A stretch of DNA of 64,000 nucleotides from Neoechinorhynchus agilis (Eukaryota > Animalia > Acanthocephala): assembly GCA_051530055.1 (NCBI GenBank), contig CM121343.1, positions 404,389 to 468,388 of the forward strand, in the 5' to 3' direction. A model generated the notes under the pieces. The model had not been told where the DNA came from, did not search any database, and saw only the letters and a list, made by a program, of their open reading frames with translations. Below are positions 24,131 to 36,116 of the stretch, in pieces (within the stretch, counting starts at the first letter, position 1; every line of letters starts with the position of its first letter). Made by a program: the position numbers and the translations under genes.

Positions 24131-24197
24131 CGTGGCCGTGTGGTGTGCGCGTTCATAATGCGCTCGATATGTCGATGGTTCAATGCCACCGGTCGCT
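24131..24197 (+). other. tRNA-Met(CAT)-like sequence lacking a D-arm (pseudo-tRNA or SINE head)
   Basis: Acceptor-like gtggccg/cggtcgc, anticodon arm gcgcg-ttCATaa-tgcgc, and B-box-like ggttcaatgcc. Confidence 0.4.
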
Positions 24198-24611
24198 GGG
24201 CGGGGGTCAGGTTTGAGATCACCCATTGGCCCCAAAGTGGGTTGGCCCTGGCCTTTCGAGTGCGGCTAAGCGCGCTGCCGAAAAAGGCCCCAAAGGAATA
24301 TAGCCGAGAGGCCCAAAAGAAGACTTCGTAAGATCAATCAATCTGATGAAAACAACTCATAAACTAACAGTATGCGCGTGCGATCAAATAAATAAACACA
24401 AAAAATGTCGATGTCATTTTCGTTTCACCATAGACAAGTTTGTTATTTAGTGTCTTAAATTTTTTTCAATATTAATTAAAAGTCCATCCAATTGTTCCTT
24501 CCAGTGGATGTGTATTCTCAATGACGAATTGTAGCACACTCGAATTTTATCATTGAAATCAACCTTCGAATATTTAAAAACCTTCAAGCAATGCTTGAGG
24601 AGGCTGAGGCG

Positions 24612-27600
24612 GCGTACGAATTAAACAGCTTCCATTCGATCATTTTCGTAATGCATAGAAATTCTGATAAAATGAGAAACATTCTAAGATAAAACTCGGG
24701 GATTGTCCTTAAGATGACTTTTTAATTAAAGCGTACGAATTAAACAGCTTCTATTCGATCATTTTCGTCACGCATAGAAATTCTGATAAAGTGAGAAACA
24801 TTCTAAGATAAAACTCGGGGATTGTCCTTAAGATGACTTTTTAATTAAAGCGGACGAATTAAACAGCTTCTATTCGATCATTTTCGTCAGGCATAGAAAT
24901 TCTGATAAAGTGAGAAACATTCTAAGATAAACTCGGGGATTGTCCTTAAGATGACTTTTTAATTAAAGCGGACGAATTAAACAGCTTCTATTCGATCATT
25001 TTCGTCACGCATAGAAATTCTGATAAAGTGAGAAACATTCTAAGATAAAACTCGGGGATTGTCCTTAAGATGACTTTTTAATTAAAGCGGACGAATTAAA
25101 CAGCTTCTATTCGATCATTTTCGTCACGCATAGAAATTCTGATAAAGTGAGAAACATTCTAAGATAAAACTCGGGGATTGTCCTTAAGATGACTTTTTAA
25201 TTAAAGCGGACGAATTAAACAGCTTCTATTCGATCATTTTCGTCACGCATAGAAATTCTGATAAAGTGAGAAACATTCTAAGATAAAACTCGGGGATTGT
25301 CCTTAAGATGACTTTTTAATTAAAGCGGACGAATTAAACAGCTTCTATTCGATCATTTTCGTCACGCATAGAAATTCTGATAAAGTGAGAAACATTCTAA
25401 GATAAAACTCGGGGATTGTCCTTAAGATGACTTTTTAATTAAAGCGGACGAATTAAACAGCTTCTATTCGATCATTTTCGTCACGCATAGAAATTCTGAT
25501 AAAGTGAGAAACATTCTAAGATAAAACTCGGGGATTGTCCTTAAGATGACTTTTTAATTAAAGCGGACGAATTAAACAGCTTCTATTCGATCATTTTCGT
25601 CACGCATAGAAATTCTGATAAAGTGAGAAACATTCTAAGATAAAACTCGGGGATTGTCCTTAAGATGACTTTTTAATTAAAGCGGACGAATTAAACAGCT
25701 TCTATTCGATCATTTTCGTCATGCATAGAAATTCTGATAAAGTGAGAAACATTCTAAGATAAAACTCGGGGATTGTCCTTAAGATGACTTTTTAATTAAA
25801 GCGGACGAATTAAACAGCTTCTATTCGATCATTTTCGTCACGCATAGAAATTCTGATAAAGTGAGAAACATTCTAAGATAAAACTCGGGGATTGTCCTTA
25901 AGATGACTTTTTAATTAAAGCGGACGAATTAAACAGCTTCTATTCGATCATTTTCGTCACGCATAGAAATTCTGATAAAGTGAGAAACATTCTAAGATAA
26001 AACTCGGGGATTGTCCTTAAGATGACTTTTTAATTAAAGCGGACGAATTAAACAGCTTCTATTCGATCATTTTCGTCACGCATAGAAATTCTGATAAAGT
26101 GAGAAACAATCTAAGATAAACTCGGGGATTGTCCTTAAGATGACTTTTTAATTAAAGCGGACGAATTAAACAGCTTCTATTCGATCATTTTCGTCACGCA
26201 TAGAAATTCTGATAAAGTGAGAAACATTCTAAGATAAAACTCGGGGATTGTCCTTAAGATGACTTTTTAATTAAAGCGGACGAATTAAACAGCTTCTATT
26301 CGATCATTTTCGTCACGCATAGAAATTCTGATAAAGTGAGAAACATTCTAAGATAAAACTCGGGGATTGTCCTTAAGATGACTTTTTAATTAAAGCGGAC
26401 GAATTAAACAGCTTCTATTCGATCATTTTCGTAATGCATAGAAATTCTGATAAAGTGAGAAACATTCTAAGATAAAACTCGGGGATTGTCCTTAAGATGA
26501 CTTTTTAATTAAAGCGGACGAATTAAACAGCTTCTATTCGATCATTTTCGTCACGCATAGAAATTCTGATAAAGTGAGAAACATTCTAAGATAAAACTCG
26601 GGGATTGTCCTTAAGATGACTTTTTAATTAAAGCGGACGAATTAAACAGCTTCTATTCGATCATTTTCGTCACGCATAGAAATTCTGATAAAGTGAGAAA
26701 CATTCTAAGATAAAACTCGGGGATTGTCCTTAAGATGACTTTTTAATTAAAGCGGACGAATTAAACAGCTTCTATTCGATCATTTTCGGAAATAAGAGAA
26801 ATTCTGATAAAGTGAGAAACATTCTAAGATAAAACTCGGGGATTGTCCTTAAGATGACTTTTTAATTAAAGCGGACGAATTAAACAGCTTCTATTCGATC
26901 ATTTTCGTAATGCATAGAAATTCTGATAAAGTGAGAAACATTCTAAGATAAAACTCGGGGATTGTCCTTAAGATGACTTTTTAATTAAAGCGGACGAATT
27001 AAACAGCTTCTATTCGATCATTTTCGTCACGCATAGAAATTCTGATAAAGTGAGAAACAATCTAAGATAAAACTCGGATTGTCCTTAAGATGACTTTTTA
27101 ATTGCGGACATTAAACAGCTTCTATTCGATCATTTTCGTCATGCATAGAAATTCTGATAAAGTGAGAAACATTCTAAGATAAAACTCGGGGATTGTCCTT
27201 AAGATGACTTTTTAATTAAAGCGGACGAATTAAACAGCTTCTATTCGATCATTTTCGTCAGGCATAGAAATTCTGATAAAGTGAGAAACATTCTAAGATA
27301 AAACTCGGGGATTGTCCTTAAGATGACTTTTTAATTAAAGCGGACGAATTAAACAGCTTCTATTCGATCATTTTCGTCATGCATAGAAATTCTGATAAAG
27401 TGAGAAACATTCTAAGATAAAACTCGGGGATTGTCCTTAAGATGACTTTTTAATTAAAGCGGACGAATTAAACAGCTTCTATTCGATCATTTTCGAAATA
27501 CATAGAAATTCTGATAAAGTGAGAAACATTCTAAGATAAAACTCGGGGATTGTCCTTAAGATGACTTTTTAATTAAAGCGGACGAATTAAACAGCTTCTA

Positions 27601-28231
27601 TTCGATCATTTTCGTCACGCATAGAAATTCTGATAAAGTGAGAAACATTCTAAGATAAAACTCGGGGATTGTCCTTAAGATGACTTTTTAATTAAAGCGG
27701 ACGAATTAAACAGCTTCTATTCGATCATTTTCGTCATGCATAGAAATTCTGATAAAGTGAGAAACATTCTAAGATAAAACTCGGGGATTGTCCTTAAGAT
27801 GACTTTTTAATTAAAGCGGACGAATTAAACAGCTTCTATTCGATCATTTTCGTCACGCATAGAAATTCTGATAAAGTGAGAAACATTCTAAGATAAAACT
27901 CGGGGATTGTCCTTAAGATGACTTTTTAATTAAAGCGGACGAATTAAACAGCTTCTATTCGATCATTTTCGAAATACATAGAAATTCTGATAAAGTGAGA
28001 AACATTCTAAGATAAAACTCGGGGATTGTCCTTAAGATGACTTTTTAATTAAAGCGGACGAATTAAACAGCTTCTATTCGATCATTTTCGTCACGCATAG
28101 AAATTCTGATAAAGTGAGAAACATTCTAAGATAAAACTCGGGGATTGTCCTTAAGATGACCTTTTAATTAAAGCGGACGAATTAAACAGCTTCTATTCGA
28201 TCATTTTCGTAATGCATAGAAATTCGGATAA
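24612..28231. repeat. Satellite array, 119-bp monomer, ~30 copies
   Basis: Monomer gcggacgaattaaacagcttctattcgatcattttcgtcacgcatagaaattctgataaagtgagaaacattctaagataaaactcggggattgtccttaagatgactttttaattaaa. Confidence 0.97.
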
Positions 28232-28759
28232 ATTCTTGATGAATACATTCAATAAATCACACTCCTCCTAAGAAAGTCTATTGGTTCGCATCAAAATCGA
28301 TCTACATTCCATCGAAGTAAAATTAGATATATTGGTAGTAATCTGAAGACGATTTAAAAAAGACTGAATGGTGTCGTCATCAATATTTTGACTATAAATA
28401 AGCTTTCTGACAAAGCTTGAAAAAGTTCGGCTTAAAGTTTCAGAAGTCGGCCACGTTGGAAAAAGAACAATTATCCGCCCAATATTGTTTTCAGCGATCT
28501 TTTTAAAATCGGTTGAACATCTAACAAGGTGTCTTAAACGTTTAATAAAACATTTTTTGCTCAAAGAGTTCTTCAAAGAAGAGTTGTTAAAAAATCTGTT
28601 GTCTCCACATGAGAAACCGATACTCGAAATTCTGGTGATCCTTTTGACATTGCAACGTGTGAGAAATTTGGTAGATTCAACTAATTAAATTTTTCTAATC
28701 AAAGATTTTTTTGAAAGCAACTCTTTATATAAACACACAACAACAAAACGTTTAAACAA

Positions 28760-29005
28760 TCACCACCGTCCACGAAGAAGAGGCATCGCTCTCCCCTCAG
28801 TGGTCGCGACCGCACTCGCTGCGTTTCCTCTTTGGATCGCGAGACCAATGGTTTGGCGCAGGAATGCACCAGCTCTTGTATTTCCTGTCTTCTCGATAAC
28901 TCCTTTGTAGTGCCGAGCTACCGAGGGCACCAAGAGTCTCCACTCCAAAGGGTACAAAGACGTGAGACCTACTAAAATCTCTATATTTCGCCACCTTTCT
29001 GTAAA
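28760..29005 (-). mobile_element. CRE-like retrotransposon 3' fragment
   Basis: KVAKYRDFSRSHVFVPFGVETLGALG and RAGAFLRQTIGLAIQRGNAASAVAT...GRW* across a frameshift. Confidence 0.85.
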
Positions 29006-30544
29006 TCACATATTCTGCGTTAAATATGCTAACTGAATCATTCAAGCAAATAGTTTCTTATTAAAAATGACCTATAAATTTCGCATACTTAAACGCGAGT
29101 TTGAAATGTGAAATCTACTTAGAAGTCTTAAATGCATTAACAGAATGCACTCTAGAAATATATCGGCGGATTCCTTAAGTGTTGCAGTTGATATATCGAT
29201 AAGATGCTGCCGAGTTTATCGATGATTACTTTAAGCGGCATTGTACGAAATGAACGAGCTTATTTAAATTCTTAAAACACCTATAAATTCTGCAACGTTG
29301 GAACCATCAAATTTTTTCATTGTTTCAACACAATCATTTAAGTAGAGTGTTTTACCGTCGATTAAAATGAAATTGTACTTTTAAACTCCGAAGCGGCGGT
29401 TATAATCAAATTAGTCCATTTTGCTCAATAAAGAAATGCAGTGCTATTCTGTGTTGATGGATGGCGACAAAAAGTCAAATAACGCTTCCGGTTGTAATCT
29501 ATGGAGATCTTAAAATGCGATTTACACTTGCGATCACAAATCCACAGATTGATATTTTTTTTGCTTAAAAGTGCGTATCCTTTATTAATGATTTAGCACA
29601 TCGTAACCATTCCGTCCTAAGGATTTTAAATGCGATTGTTAGATAGATTTTTAGAATTCGCTTTAAATTGCAGTAATCAATCACCAATGAATGCATTAAA
29701 AGACTTCTTTATAGAAAGAATTAGTCGAATTATTGGTCCATTTGCTTTGGACAATCCGTCTGAGTTTCATCATCACCTTTGTCGCTTGGAATTTGGCGCA
29801 TTTCGATATCGTTACCAATTTTCGCCTTAGAAGGAAGTAGATTGCCCATCGTTGAATATCACGAAAATTGCTTGAACTCGGTCGTCGTGACTTAAAGTTG
29901 AAGTGAACACGGTAATAAACAACTCGTAAGAGCTGAAAAATATAATGTTGTTGTGGAGGCTTAGTAAATGACTAAAACCTTGATTTTAGGTTGCTCACAT
30001 TTGAAAATGTTTTCTTCGCATTATAACTTATGGACCACTTTGATTACATTGAAGTTATCTTTTGCAACGGACAAAACGTTGACAATTTAGAAGACCTTTT
30101 TCTCAAAGCACCATGAAAGCCTTAAAATTATTCTAAGTTAACATAAACGATTTCTTTTTTTTGTTTTGTTCGAGTGGAGAAAGTAATTAAATTAAATATT
30201 TCGATCCTCTATCTCGGATCTTCTTCAGTATTGTAAATTAATCTAATCATCGTTTGTGTGACCAGCCGAACATCCCTAAACGGATGATTTCTCTTGAACA
30301 CAAAGAACCCACCGACATCCTAGATCAGGGAAGTACATAAAATCATTACTAAATATCCTGCTGAACCATACGACGCGGTTATAAGTTTGTACCCGGATCC
30401 CTCCGGATCCTCATATACCTCCCGAGCTTCCGTGCTCTCATTTTAATGCTACATTGAAACGCTGCGATGCGAAATGGCTTCTTTAGATTTTAGGAGTTTC
30501 TATTCCATTTTTCATATCAAGCAGAATCTTTTTTATTTCTGACT

Positions 30545-33085
30545 AACGTCGTTGATATCTTCCCAGATCCATCTCTTCGCCACTCGGCACCGTCGCAAGG
30601 ACACTTGCAGCGTTGCCGCGCTGGATCGCGAGACCTATGTTTTGTAGGAAGAACGCTCCTGCTCTTGGGTCTCCGGTTGCGATCCTCATCTTCCTTGACA
30701 GATCCGCCGTGAGGTTCTAGACCTCATCGCCGAAGGTTCCGAGCGTCTCAACGCCGAAAGGGACGAAGTGATGTGCCCTCAAGAGCTCGGCGTACTTCCC
30801 CAGCTTGCGTTCCTCCGCGGCAATTGCAGCACCTCCTTCGCGCCCTGAGGAATGTCTTAGATTGGACAGGAAAAGTGTGTCCACACAAGTAGCGTCCCAG
30901 AGAAGGGATTTCCCTTCTCGCCACGAGAACACAGTTACCCTGTCCGGTCTTCGACCATCGAATCTGCAGAGGTGACTCGGTTCGAGCAGATTCAGTCCGT
31001 GTATCCCATTCAAGGCCCGACTAATCACCGAGCTAATTTCGGCGTGGCGAGCATACCCGCCACCGGGCTGACGACAGACAAGACCGTGTCTACCCGAAGT
31101 ATCCACAAAGGCTCCACAGCGACAGTAGTGTGGGACACAAATCAGGAGACCCAGTCGTAAGGACACTCCGATCCTTACTGTTCCGTCCGACAGTAAATTT
31201 CCGATCGAAGGAATCGGAACGGCGTTCAGCTAGGCACCGGATTCCTTCGAAGAGACCGCCAACAATTGAGCTCGGGTCACCCCATCACGCGCGTCAGAAA
31301 GCATTGAGTTGCGAACTCGCCTAATTAAAGGGTTGTCCTCGATGAACGCCTCTTTAAAAATGCTCGACGAATGAAAACTCTTTTTCAAACAATTTCTGGA
31401 CCAACTTTCGGCTGCCCTCATATAAACCTAAAAAGGCCGGAATCGCAACATCGGCTGTTTTACGGATACCCAAACCGCCGGAAGATACAGGCAAGGAAGC
31501 TTGTCTCCATGCCTCATCCGACAGTTGGATATTTAAAATCCCTTCGAGACACCTTCTTAAATTGCCATCGATTTTCCTCAAGGAGTGTTGATGTTTGAAG
31601 AAGGGCGCTGTACGCAACTTGTACAGCAACTTCGGAAGGAACAGGGCACTCTTTATTAAAAATAATGCCTGATGTGATGGAAGTTCCTTCGTACGCTCGC
31701 AGAGCAATTCGACTCTCGGCGCTATTTGGAGGATCTCCTGAGGTATATTTTCATTAAAAACGCAGCTACCCAGAAGAGACAGTTGAGCACGCGAAATTAT
31801 TTTGATGTTAGGTGCTAGCTGCGTAAAGCTGTTGAGGATCTCAGTTTGACTAGCGGCGTTTTCTGCATTCATCACAACCAGCTCACATTTCGAGGTATTA
31901 AGCTCAACGCCGAGCTTGGCAGCTTCCCTCATGACGACCTCCAAATCTCGCAACACCACGGAGGGAGACCCACCGAGTGTTGCATCATCCAAATACCAAG
32001 CATTAAACTTGGATTGGAGCGAATGAGCGATCGGGTTGACGGCAAGAGAGAAACCGATAGGACCGAGAGGATCCTGTTGTTGGACACCTCGTTGAGACCA
32101 GATGATATGGTCGTTGAAAACAAGAGGAGTCTCAGTCCCATAGACGCTGAGGAAATACTGGTATGCTTCCGGTGCGTAAGTTGCGACAGCTTCTAGGAGC
32201 ACACTGCGATCAACGCAGTTGAAGGCGTTTCGGAAGTCGCACTTGAGCAGAACACAGGACTCTGAACTGTTTGTGACAAAGGAGCGAAGTGCGTGCACGA
32301 CAGTTTCGGCTCCGCAAGGCGTACAGCAACCCAGTTTTACCGGGCGGAAAAGTTCGCCAAGATCCACTGCAAGACGTTTGCAAAGAATCTTTGCTGCAAA
32401 ACGCCGAAGTGTCGATCCCATAGCGATGGGACGAATCCCACCGTCTTTCTTTTTAAGGGCACAGAGTGAAGCGCCGAAGAACAACTGAATTGCGACGGGA
32501 GGCAATTCGTCACCAACGAACAGATCAACGAGGCGTGACAATCTATTCGAAAGGCTCTGAGCGGCTTCACTCACGGAGAAGGACAACATGTCCTTGAGGT
32601 GTTGAGGCCTAAGCCCTTCTAGCCCATGACCGGATCCACTAGCAAAGGAGGATGTCGGTGAATTGAGTTCCTTTGCAGAGCAGCGCGACTTCGAGGTAGC
32701 GATTGGGAAAGTTGGAAGTTTTGGTGCTTCCAATGGAGGATGTTTTTGGTTCAGGGTTTCGAGAGTTTCCTCGTTAACCTTGGTAAAGGGAGGAAAGGAT
32801 GCGAACAGCTTCTCGGGCATCACCATCCGCAATTTTCGAGGAGGAGGCGCTTTCCCTTATGGACCTAGCCGGAAGCGTACCGTGTGTAGGGTGTTCTGTA
32901 GGTCCCCGATAGGTAGCTCGAATTGCGTCTGAAAAGGGTTCATCGAGGCGACCCTTTCTTTAATTGAGCTGACCAACCAGCGTGAAGAACCAGCCTGGGA
33001 AAAGCGAAGAGACGTGCAATCCCCAAGCAAAGCACTAAATGATTTCGTCATCTGATACCTGTGACGCTGATGACTTCCCATAGGC
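30545..33085 (-). mobile_element. CRE-clade non-LTR retrotransposon (RT plus zinc knuckle plus restriction-like endonuclease), 5'-truncated and frameshifted
   Basis: KIADGDAREAVRILSS, QKHP, GLRPQHLKD, KKDGGIRPIA, DFRNAFN, GVQQQDPLGP, WYLDD, CRCG..D..GRHGLVC, RPD, WDATCVDT, KLGKY, PFGVETLG. Confidence 0.92.
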
Positions 33086-33099
33086 ATTGCGTGTAGCGG

Positions 33100-35770
33100 A
33101 CGGTTGTTCATTCAATATAAACGGATCTAAGTATGATAGCTGGCAACGAGGAGGGTGGAATACCGCTAAAACACGAAGCAGTCCGCTAAAAAACCTGTTA
33201 GAGTCTCAGAGCCGATTATTAGAAATGGTGACTCAACAGTTAATGGACAGGCAGAATGAGTCAATCGCCGAATGCTCCGAAAACCAGGGTAACACCATTT
33301 AGGTATTTCGGGGAATCGGAGAAATGGACTAATTATGCTACGCAGTTGGAACAACACTTCGAGCTTACTGATGTGGTCGATGAAAAAGAAGTGCTTGTTA
33401 TCATGGTTGAGTGCATCCGTTTTTGAAAGACTGTGTAAAAGCATTGGATTTTTAAAACCGACAGAGATGGATTATCAATAGTTGATAAAAGCGTTGGATC
33501 ACCTGTATGGCGGAAGAGCTCACGAAATCACTGCCCGTTACATATTCCACACAACCACATTGAAACCTGAGCAAAGCTATGCGGGGTGGCTAAGTGATTT
33601 ATGGGAAGCGGCAAGAGGATGTAATTTTTTCAAAGCGAGCATTGTAGACGAGAAAAAGTGCTGTATCTTTTAAGATCAGAGATGCAATTGTTCGCATGAC
33701 CCCTCACGAAGAAGTCCGCAAAGCGGTACTTCAGGGATCTGCACAAACAGCATTGCACCCAAAAAGTCTTTGAATCTGATGGCACTAGAGAAAATGGAAT
33801 GCTGATAAGGTGAGGACATTTCAAAGAATGTGAAACACAAAGGAATACCAGTCCAACAGAAGTGGATGCCCACGCTGTGGTAGTCGACATGCAAATGGCG
33901 TCACGAATTGCCGAGCGAACACAGCAAAGTGCTACAAGTGTGGCAAATTGGGCCATTTGGCGAGATGTTGCCGGTCCAGAGTCGACAAGATATCAGCCGA
34001 CGTCCAGAGCGAAGATGAGTAAACGGACCACACAGTCATTGACAGCATCCGTGAGTTTAAGGGACGATTAATGGCTCAGATTCAGGCAAAGATCGACAAG
34101 CGCACCAGGTCCTGATAGTGTTCGACACGGGGGCGTCCACATCAATCATCCCGGAAAAATTGTGGAAGTTGATAGGACAACCTTGGTTGGAACCGGCAAG
34201 ACCGCTCAGAGCGTACGGAGGTGGTCGAATTGTTCCGCTTGGAAAATGTAACGTTGGTGTCAGATATAAGGACATCACGCGACGAATGCAGGTGACGGTG
34301 GTGCCAGGAACAGAAACGCCATTATTTAGACTTCCATGGACGATCGAGATGGGCCTCGAGATTCCAGCAGCAGTCGTCCAAGTAAGAGAAATCAGGAGAA
34401 TAGATCCAAGAGAGGGCGTTTTGCAAAAGCTGCGGAATGACTTTCCTAAAGTGCTTGAGATGAATGGTGAGACAATTAAAGACGCCGAGGTTTATTTGAA
34501 TGTCAAAATAAGGACGGAGCCTAATAAATGACCAGCAAGGCGAATTCCTTTCGCGGTACAACAGCCTGCAAAAAACTGAGATTGGCAGGTTGATGAGCAA
34601 AGGGGTAATCACATCAATAAGCGCAGCTGAGAACGTCGAATGGGCCACTCCCTTAGTTGGAGTACGAAAGGAAATGGTAAATTGAGATTGTGCGGAGATT
34701 TCAAAGTCACATTGAACAAGACCTTCGACGACGTAATGGACATAATTGTGGGTTGCGTGATTTATACCACAATAGATCTCAAGGACGCTTATTTTCAACT
34801 AAAGATGGAGCGTGAAAACAACCGTTTTCTGACGATTCAACGCCGTGGGGATATTTTAGATACCTGCGCTTTCCGTTAGGAATAAGTACGGCACCCGCGA
34901 TTTTCCAGAGATTCATTGATTCTCTATAGATCGGAATTGCAGGTGTTGGTGCTTACCTTGATGATAAGGGCCACCCAGGAGGTGAATCAGCAATCAAGGC
35001 TCTGGCAAGGTAATATTGCTGGTGGCCATCCATGGACAAGGATACTGAGCTTGAGGTCAAGACATGTGCCGCGTGCCAAGCATAACTACCCAAGATTCAG
35101 GAAGTGCCTTTGATTAGTTGGGACGTGACTCCTGGATCTTGGAAACGTATCCATGTCGATTTCGCTGGTCCAGTCGAGAACAAGATGTATCTGGTGGCCG
35201 TGGATGCCTATTCGAAGTATCCATAAGTTTGGTCGTCTAATTCAGGATTCACTGCGACCACCGACATAGGGTGTTCCCGAGAAGATTGTTTCTGACAATG
35301 AACCCCAATCCATTGCGTCCGATTTCCGAACGTTCTGTCAAAACAAGGGAATAGAGCACGTACAGAGCTCACCATACCACCTAAAGACGAACGAGTCCGC
35401 GGAACGATTTATCGGAACGTTGAAAAGGAGAGCTCTGTTGATTCCGAGCAAAGATCGCCCGCAAGCGTTGAAGAGATTTCTCATGAGTTATCGCAATACT
35501 CCACAGGTGACTACAAACCGGTGTCCGTCCAAACTAATTATTATGGGGAGACGCATTGCGACGAAGTTGGATAACTTCAAGCCATCCTTGGAGAAAACAA
35601 TTAAGTCCAGCCTGCGTAAACAGTAGGCACATCGCGATACGAAATATATCAGGGAATTTCGCGGGAATGGAACATTCCGAGGAGGCAGTGGGTCCGAGAT
35701 GACAGACCTCGGGGGCCGGAGGAACCAGAACAGCGGGATCTGAAGGGACCGTGCATCTGAATTAACTCGG
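33100..35770 (+). mobile_element. Decayed Ty3/Gypsy LTR retrotransposon internal region (gag-protease-RT-integrase)
   Basis: Gag CCHC CYKCGKLGHLARCC, protease DTGAS, RT EWATPLV..LRLCGDFKVTLN / IDLKDAYFQL / YLDD, integrase HPG..WWP, RIHVDFAGP, IVSDN. The RNase H region appears deleted and no LTRs were identified. Confidence 0.9.
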
Positions 35771-35771
35771 A

Positions 35772-35801
35772 TCAGTTGAGGCAATGGTTCGATGCCTCAG
35801 C

Positions 35802-35832
<31 letters not shown>

Positions 35833-36059
35833 AAACCTATTACCCCATCAACATCATCATTGAATTCGACGTCGTCCGGTTGTCGCGCGAAGGATAATGA
35901 TGTTTGAAAATGTTCCGACGAGAAACCCAAGTCAAACCCATGATTACATAATCCCATATTGTTGGAATCCAATGCTCGCTTGGAAAAAGGGTAATCGATC
36001 TCAATTGATGACGTAAAAGTCGCCACGGCAGAATAAGAGGGGTCGCCGTTTTGATCCAT
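35772..36059 (-). other. Short ORF with a polyglutamine (CAA)n tract, possible orphan exon
   Basis: 95-aa ORF ending QQQQQQQQQQAEASNHCLN, with a (TTG)n microsatellite on the plus strand. No recognisable domain. Confidence 0.25.
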
Positions 36060-36116
36060 TGCAAAGATGGTCCTCCGAAACTTCCCAACGGAAGCTCTAC
36101 GATGTTCTCTCCTAAA

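Noticed and set aside
24131-24330. HDV-like ribozyme (GGCTAAG motif)
   Set aside because: I could not assemble a consistent P1/P2/P3/P1.1 nested pseudoknot.
24612-28231. 5S rRNA array (119-bp period)
   Set aside because: The monomer is AT-rich, with no 5S similarity, internal control boxes or spacer.
28260-29900. Coding or transposase remnant
   Set aside because: Only short ORFs with no identifiable motifs apart from the CRE fragment.
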